NCBI GenBank assembly: GCA_040081625.1
Contig: JBEBGD010000136.1
Span: 1-12,667, forward strand
From: Chthoniobacteraceae bacterium
GTDB lineage: Bacteria > Verrucomicrobiota > Verrucomicrobiia > Chthoniobacterales > Chthoniobacteraceae
Direction of reading: 5' to 3'
Length of the DNA: 12,667 nucleotides
Each line of letters begins with the position of its first letter. Within the stretch, counting starts at the first letter, position 1. The position numbers and the translations under genes were made by a program. The notes beneath the pieces are model-generated. The model saw only the letters and a program-made list of their open reading frames with translations, had not been told where the DNA came from and did not search any database. Of the stretch, positions 7,705 through 12,667 are shown piece by piece.

Positions 7705-9972
7705 CTAGGGCGCGACGATTTCCACCGCACCGGTGCGCAGCCCTCGGCGAAAAAATCCCGCGGCGCGACTTAGCTTTCGTCCGACGACTATGCCGCTCGA
7801 CCGCACGAGCGTGCCATTTTCGGTGAATCTGCCGGTGAAGAATCCGGTGACCGGGTTGACCGAAGTCTGCACTCCATCGATCGGTGCGGGCGGCGCGCCA
7901 AATGTAAATCGGTTGTCGATGCCGAGGGTCGTGGCGAGGGTGGCTTGCAGCACGGGCAGCGCTCCGTTAGCCGGGGCATTGAGGGTCAAGTTGCCCTCGC
8001 CGCTGGAGGGCCCAAGAAAAAGCCGCTGCCCGCTGAGGGGTCGCGTGTGTTTCGCGCCGAGCATCGTGCTCTGGCCGCTGAACCCCTCGGGATGGACGGG
8101 AATGCCGGGGACATTCGCGGGCCGAAACCATGCGAGCGAGCCGGAGAGGTCGTGCGCGGGATTGGCGAGGTCGAAGGCGACGACGCCCCGGATCGACCCG
8201 CGCTTTGCATACAACGCTCCGAAGAATGGCCACTCGCCATTCGCCGAGAGTCGGGCGGCGGCGTTGAAGGTCGGGCCGGTGCCGGTGCGCCCAATGAAAC
8301 GGACATGGCCCGCGGGCGTGACGGTGACGCGACCGAAACCGATGCCCGCAGGATACAGCGCGGGCTGCGCAGGGTCGGGCGGGATGATGACGTTGTAGGT
8401 GCCGGCTTGCAGCGCCGGGTTGGCGTTCTTGTCGAAGGGCGACAGGCTCGCAACGATCGTCACGTTCACATTTCCGCCGGTGACGGTCCCGGTAATCTGC
8501 CGCGCGCCAGTGCCGGTGACGTTGAGCGTAAGGTCCACGGTATAATCGACGCGACGCACCCGGATCTGTTTCGCGAACCGCCCGGTGTTGGAAAACTGGC
8601 CTTTGAGCTTCAGCGTCAGGGCTCCCAACTTGAGCGAACCGCTGAAGCCGCCGTTGCCGGCGAGGGTCACCGCAAAGAAGCCGCTGTTCTCGGGCAGCGC
8701 GGCAGTCGCGAGCCCGTTGTAGTAGCCCTTCACCGGCGTGAAGGGATTGATGAGAAATTTTGCGGTGAGCACCATGTTCGGCTGGTGCTTGAAGCCGAGC
8801 CGTGGCGAGGCGAGCTGCGCGGCGGTCAGCGTTTTGTTTGTGGTCCATCCGTCGAAGACCGAACTCGGCCCCGGCACCGCGCTGATCACGAGGGAAGCGC
8901 CATCCATTTGCTTGGTCACGACACTCGGCGCGGCAGCCGACGGATCGAAGATGATCGGCGGGAATAAGGCCGACGTGATGCGTCCCGCGGAATCACCCGC
9001 GGCGGCGACGGTGAGATTGCTGCGTGCGGAAAAATAACAACGCACCGTCGCGCTGCCGTAGTGCCCGTCGAGGTCGGTCGCGCGCACCCGGACATCGTTG
9101 GCACCGGGCCTCAGCTCGATGCCAGGCACCGACCATTTGCCATCCACCGCGACTTCTCCCGGCAACCAGTCGCCGCCATCGACCTGCGCCTCGATGGCCA
9201 GGATACCGTGCGAGTCCGTGAACCAGCCAGTCGCGGTGATCGGCCGATCGGTGATCGTCCCGCGCGGCGTCGGGTAAGTGATCACCACTTTCGGCGCGTC
9301 GGTATCGATCCCGCCGGTGAGGTTCACCTTCGCCAGGCCGTAGAAAGTCTGCGCGCTATCGCCTGTGCCCACGGTCTTGTCGAAGACGCTCGCCGTCCCT
9401 CTCATGTAAAGCGTCACGCCATCCATGCCGTATGGCCCGACGCTGAAATTGAGCACCAGTGCGCCGTCCTCGATCGTCTCTTCCGAGCCCGCCGCCTGCA
9501 GGGCGTAGAGCGAGAAATCCTGCGGCGCGTCGTCCGCGTTGATCGTGAGCTTCAACTCCGTGGCGTTATATTGGAGCACCACGCTGCCGACGCTCAGATC
9601 CTCGCCCGTGTATGGGCTGATGCTCGTCAGCGGCCATGTGTAAACCGTGTAGGTGCCGGCGACAGTTTGCTCCGCGTCCACCAGCGACAAATAGAACTGA
9701 AGATTTGCCACATTCACCACGAGCGCGCTGTCCTCCGCCGTCAGGTCCGCCACCACCACGTCCTTCATCGACACGCGCGCGTTCACCACCAGCGCGCTGT
9801 CGGGCCTCTGCTCGTATTCGAAGTCCCCGAGCACCACCGTGTCGGTGTATCGTTCGGTGAATGAAAACGTCGGCAGAAACGCCGACCCGAAGGGCAGGGT
9901 CTGGGCGCGAGCACTCACTGCGGCGAAGCAGCAAAGCAAAGTCAGGAGTAGGGTGCGAGGGCGGGAACTCAC
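7705..9972 (-). CDS. Large secreted/surface beta-rich protein: signal peptide, unknown N-terminal domain, bacterial Ig-like domain, divergent InlB B-repeat-like domain, and a Gly/aromatic-rich C-terminal domain
   Basis: Long ORF (track start TTG 10011). GTG 9972 is preferred because it gives the signal peptide [24 protein letters not shown]. Ig-like segment [12 protein letters not shown]...[27 protein letters not shown] (about 9030-9306). B-repeat-like segment [17 protein letters not shown]...LTAKF (about 8757-9021). Confidence 0.8.
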   Translation of the reverse strand: MSSRPRTLLLTLLCCFAAVSARAQTLPFGSAFLPTFSFTERYTDTVVLGDFEYEQRPDSALVVNARVSMKDVVVADLTAEDSALVVNVANLQFYLSLVDAEQTVAGTYTVYTWPLTSISPYTGEDLSVGSVVLQYNATELKLTINADDAPQDFSLYALQAAGSEETIEDGALVLNFSVGPYGMDGVTLYMRGTASVFDKTVGTGDSAQTFYGLAKVNLTGGIDTDAPKVVITYPTPRGTITDRPITATGWFTDSHGILAIEAQVDGGDWLPGEVAVDGKWSVPGIELRPGANDVRVRATDLDGHYGSATVRCYFSARSNLTVAAAGDSAGRITSALFPPIIFDPSAAAPSVVTKQMDGASLVISAVPGPSSVFDGWTTNKTLTAAQLASPRLGFKHQPNMVLTAKFLINPFTPVKGYYNGLATAALPENSGFFAVTLAGNGGFSGSLKLGALTLKLKGQFSNTGRFAKQIRVRRVDYTVDLTLNVTGTGARQITGTVTGGNVNVTIVASLSPFDKNANPALQAGTYNVIIPPDPAQPALYPAGIGFGRVTVTPAGHVRFIGRTGTGPTFNAAARLSANGEWPFFGALYAKRGSIRGVVAFDLANPAHDLSGSLAWFRPANVPGIPVHPEGFSGQSTMLGAKHTRPLSGQRLFLGPSSGEGNLTLNAPANGALPVLQATLATTLGIDNRFTFGAPPAPIDGVQTSVNPVTGFFTGRFTENGTLVRSSGIVVGRKLSRAAGFFRRGLRTGAVEIVAP

Positions 9973-10132
9973 GGACGGGCGATAGGTCAGCGGGATTGCA
10001 GTCTTTATCAAGCGATGGATTGCGGTTTGTGCGCGGCGGGAGGGAGCGCGCCAAGAGGCCCATCCTCAGCGGGTTGGATGCCACACGCGCCCGTCGTATG
10101 ACACACCGCGCCTCCGTCGCGCTACTTCCCGC

Positions 10133-10160
10133 TTCCAGACCGGCCTCCCCTCGCTACGTT
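10133..10160 (+). promoter_or_regulatory. Candidate sigma70-like promoter of a leaderless or near-leaderless mutS transcript
   Basis: TTCCAG (10133-10138), 16-nt spacer, TACGTT (10155-10160, fits TAnnnT), then 8 nt to the ATG. No Shine-Dalgarno sequence is present. Confidence 0.4.
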
Positions 10161-10168
10161 CGCGCCCC

Positions 10169-12667
10169 ATGCCCGAACAGCTCACGCCCATGATGCAGCA
10201 ATACCAGGGCATCCGGCGCGGTCTTCCCCCGGATACCCTGCTGCTCTACCGCCTTGGCGATTTCTACGAGATGTTCTTCGACGACGCGAAGACCGGCGCG
10301 GCGATCCTCAATGTCGCCCTCACCAAGCGCAACGAAGTGCCCATGTGCGGCATCCCGCACCACGCTCTCGACAGCTACCTGCGCCGCCTCATCAAGGCCG
10401 GCAAACGCGTCGCCATCTGCGACCAGACCAGCGAGCCGGTGCCGGGAAAGATCGTCCAGCGCGAAGTCACCCACATCGTCTCGCCCGGCACCATCGCCGA
10501 CCTGCAGATGCTCGACGCGAAGCGGAACAACTTCCTCGCCGCCATCTTCGCCGATGAGAAGACCGGCCGCATCGGGTTCGCGTTCGCCGACACGACCACC
10601 GGCGACTTCCGCCTCACCGAACTCGCCGGCGAACGCGAACTCGCCGACGAACTCGCCCGCGTGCAACCCGCCGAAGTCCTCGTAAGCGACGAGCAGGCCG
10701 CGCGCTTCCGCGAAGTGAACGGCCTCGTCGCGCGCGAAGGCTACATCTTCCTCCTCGACCAGGCCGTGTATCTCCTGCGCGAGCAGTTCAAGGTGCAAAG
10801 CCTCGACGGCTTCGGCTGCACCGACCTGCCGCTCGCCTGCGCCGCCGCCGGCGCGATCGTCCACTATTTGAAGAACGAGCTGCGCCGCGCGCTCACGCAC
10901 TTCACGCGACTGCAGGTGTATCGGAACACGCAGTTCATGGTGCTCGACGCCGTCACGCAGGCGAACCTCGAACTCGTCCCCGCCCGCGGCACCGCGCGCG
11001 ATACGTCGCTGCTCGGCGCGCTCGATCGCACCGTCACGCCGATGGGCGCGCGCAAGCTGCGCGACTGGATCCTCCACCCGCTCTGCGATCTCGGCGTCCT
11101 CTGCGCGCGGCAGCAAATGATCGCCGACCTGCTCGCCGAGCCCTTCATCCTCGGCCAGCTCCGCGAGAGCCTCAAAGGCGTGCGCGACATCGAGCGCACC
11201 ATCGGCCGCCTCGCGCAGACCGGCGGAAACGCGCGCGATCTCCAAGTCCTCCGCAGCGCATTGGAACAAGTCCCCGCGCTACGCAGCGACCTCGCTGCAC
11301 TGTGCCCGTCTGCTTCTGCTTCTTCATCTGCTTCCCTCAGCACCCGAAAAGAAGGAGAAGAAGATGAAGAAGGAGAGGGAGACTCGCTCGCAGGCTCGCT
11401 CGCTCGCGACCTCCACGAACTCCCCCACGTCGTCGATCTCCTAAAGACCGCCATCGTCGAAGAACCGCCCGCCGAGACCAAGGAAGGCGGCATCTTCCGC
11501 GACGGCTACTTCGCGCAGCTCGACGAACTCCGCAGCGCCTCGCGAGAGGGCAAGACGTGGATCGCCGAGCTACAGGACCGCCTCATCGCAGAGACCGGCA
11601 TCAAGTCGCTCAAGATCCGTTTCACGAGCGTCTTCGGCTACTTCATCGAAGTCACCAAGTCGAACCTCGCCCACGTCCCCGCGAGCTGGCACCGCAAGCA
11701 AACGATCGCGAACGGCGAGCGCTACATCACCGACGAACTCAAGCAGGTGGAGAGCAAAATCCTCGGCGCCGACGAGCGCAGCAAGGCGCTCGAGCACGAC
11801 CTCTTCGTCCAGCTCCGCGGCGAAGTGCTCAACGATCTCGCCGCACTCCAGGCCACCGCCGCTGCCATCGCGCAGCTCGACGTGCTCGGCTCGCTCGCCG
11901 AGACCGCGCGCCTCTTCGGCTACTGCCGCCCCGTGCTCAGCGACGAGCCGTGCGTATCGATCACCGACGGTCGCCACCCCGTCCTCGACCAGGCGCTCAT
12001 CGACGAAAAATTCGTCCCCAACGACGTGCAGCTCGACAGCGAAAAGAACCGCCTGCTCATCCTCACCGGCCCGAACATGGCGGGCAAGAGCACCTACATC
12101 CGCCAGGTCGCGCTGCTCGTGCTCATGGCGCAGACCGGGAGCTGGGTGCCCGCGAAGCAAGCGGACATCGGCCTCGCCGACCGCATCTTCACCCGCGTCG
12201 GCGCGAGCGACGACCTCTCGCGCGGCCAGAGCACCTTCATGGTCGAGATGAACGAGACAGCCAACATCTGCCACAACGCCACCGCGCGCAGCCTCGTCAT
12301 CCTCGACGAAATCGGCCGCGGCACGAGCACCTTCGACGGCCTGAGCATCGCGTGGAGCGTCGCCGAGTATCTCCACGACGAAGTGAAATGCCGCACGCTC
12401 TTCGCCACGCACTACCACGAGCTGACCGAGCTGGAGATCACCCACGCCGGCGTGAAAAACTACAACGTCGCCGTGCGCGAATGGAACGACCAGATCATCT
12501 TCCTGCGCAAAATCGTGAAAGGCGGCGCCGACAAAAGTTACGGCATCCAGGTCGCCAGACTCGCCGGCCTGCCCGCGAGCGTGATCGCGCGCGCGAAAGA
12601 AATCCTATCGAACCTCGAGCAGCACGAACTCAACGCCGAAGGTCTGCGCGGGCGGGGCTTCGGCGAG
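10169..12667 (+). CDS. mutS: DNA mismatch repair protein MutS (MutS1); 3' end lies outside the window
   Basis: Manual translation from ATG 10169 gives MPEQLTPMMQQY, mismatch-binding YRLGDFYEMF, PMCGIP, Walker A TGPNMAGKST, STFMVEM, Walker B LVILDEIGRGTST, FATHYHEL and SYGIQVARLAGLP. The frame is open to the window end. Confidence 0.98.
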   Translation, partial: MPEQLTPMMQQYQGIRRGLPPDTLLLYRLGDFYEMFFDDAKTGAAILNVALTKRNEVPMCGIPHHALDSYLRRLIKAGKRVAICDQTSEPVPGKIVQREVTHIVSPGTIADLQMLDAKRNNFLAAIFADEKTGRIGFAFADTTTGDFRLTELAGERELADELARVQPAEVLVSDEQAARFREVNGLVAREGYIFLLDQAVYLLREQFKVQSLDGFGCTDLPLACAAAGAIVHYLKNELRRALTHFTRLQVYRNTQFMVLDAVTQANLELVPARGTARDTSLLGALDRTVTPMGARKLRDWILHPLCDLGVLCARQQMIADLLAEPFILGQLRESLKGVRDIERTIGRLAQTGGNARDLQVLRSALEQVPALRSDLAALCPSASASSSASLSTRKEGEEDEEGEGDSLAGSLARDLHELPHVVDLLKTAIVEEPPAETKEGGIFRDGYFAQLDELRSASREGKTWIAELQDRLIAETGIKSLKIRFTSVFGYFIEVTKSNLAHVPASWHRKQTIANGERYITDELKQVESKILGADERSKALEHDLFVQLRGEVLNDLAALQATAAAIAQLDVLGSLAETARLFGYCRPVLSDEPCVSITDGRHPVLDQALIDEKFVPNDVQLDSEKNRLLILTGPNMAGKSTYIRQVALLVLMAQTGSWVPAKQADIGLADRIFTRVGASDDLSRGQSTFMVEMNETANICHNATARSLVILDEIGRGTSTFDGLSIAWSVAEYLHDEVKCRTLFATHYHELTELEITHAGVKNYNVAVREWNDQIIFLRKIVKGGADKSYGIQVARLAGLPASVIARAKEILSNLEQHELNAEGLRGRGFGE
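11308..11383. repeat. Imperfect palindromic element (pyrimidine arm / purine arm) lying in frame inside mutS
   Basis: 11308-11334 matches the reverse complement of 11357-11383 at 23 of 27 positions, with a perfect core CTTCTTCATCT (11319-11329) / AGATGAAGAAG (11362-11372). It encodes SASASSSASLSTRKEGEEDEEGEGD. Confidence 0.8.

Noticed and set aside
6033..7730. 539-aa plus-strand ORF and the 53-codon N-terminal extension of argG
   Set aside because: The first is an antisense shadow of argG. The extension precedes the canonical [10 protein letters not shown] start and overlaps the upstream gene.
10012..10168. ncRNA or riboswitch in the divergent intergenic region before mutS
   Set aside because: Only a 5-bp CATCC/GGATG stem is seen, with no recognisable RNA family motif.
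10154..12445. Minus-strand ORFs 10154..11269, 10864..11493 and 11570..12445
   Set aside because: These are antisense shadows of mutS.

Overview
High-GC bacterial chromosomal window, probably Verrucomicrobiota (inferred from protein style only). From left to right: a 3'-truncated DeaD/CsdA-type RNA helicase (minus; DECD motif, RRDFGGPP tandem-repeat tail), a GNAT acetyltransferase (minus), then a plus-strand block made of a Cache/HAMP sensor histidine kinase broken by one in-frame TGA, a NarL/LuxR response regulator, a 166-aa helical protein resembling Imm48 immunity proteins, and a secreted beta-helix protein. Next come argG (minus), a large secreted Ig-like/beta-rich surface protein (minus), and mutS (plus, runs off the end). 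The helicase and mutS are missing from the supplied ORF track because neither has a stop codon inside the window. The most notable signals are: (1) a 76-bp hexamer-periodic pyrimidine/purine palindrome inserted in frame in mutS; (2) an identical bipartite motif GCGTAAT-N9-CTATACCG on both sides of the two-component genes, which suggests a small regulon (kinase/regulator plus an orphan immunity-like gene and a secreted protein); (3) the single nonsense codon splitting the kinase; (4) a constant-distance TA(G/C) element 14-16 nt before four housekeeping start codons, which suggests leaderless transcription.
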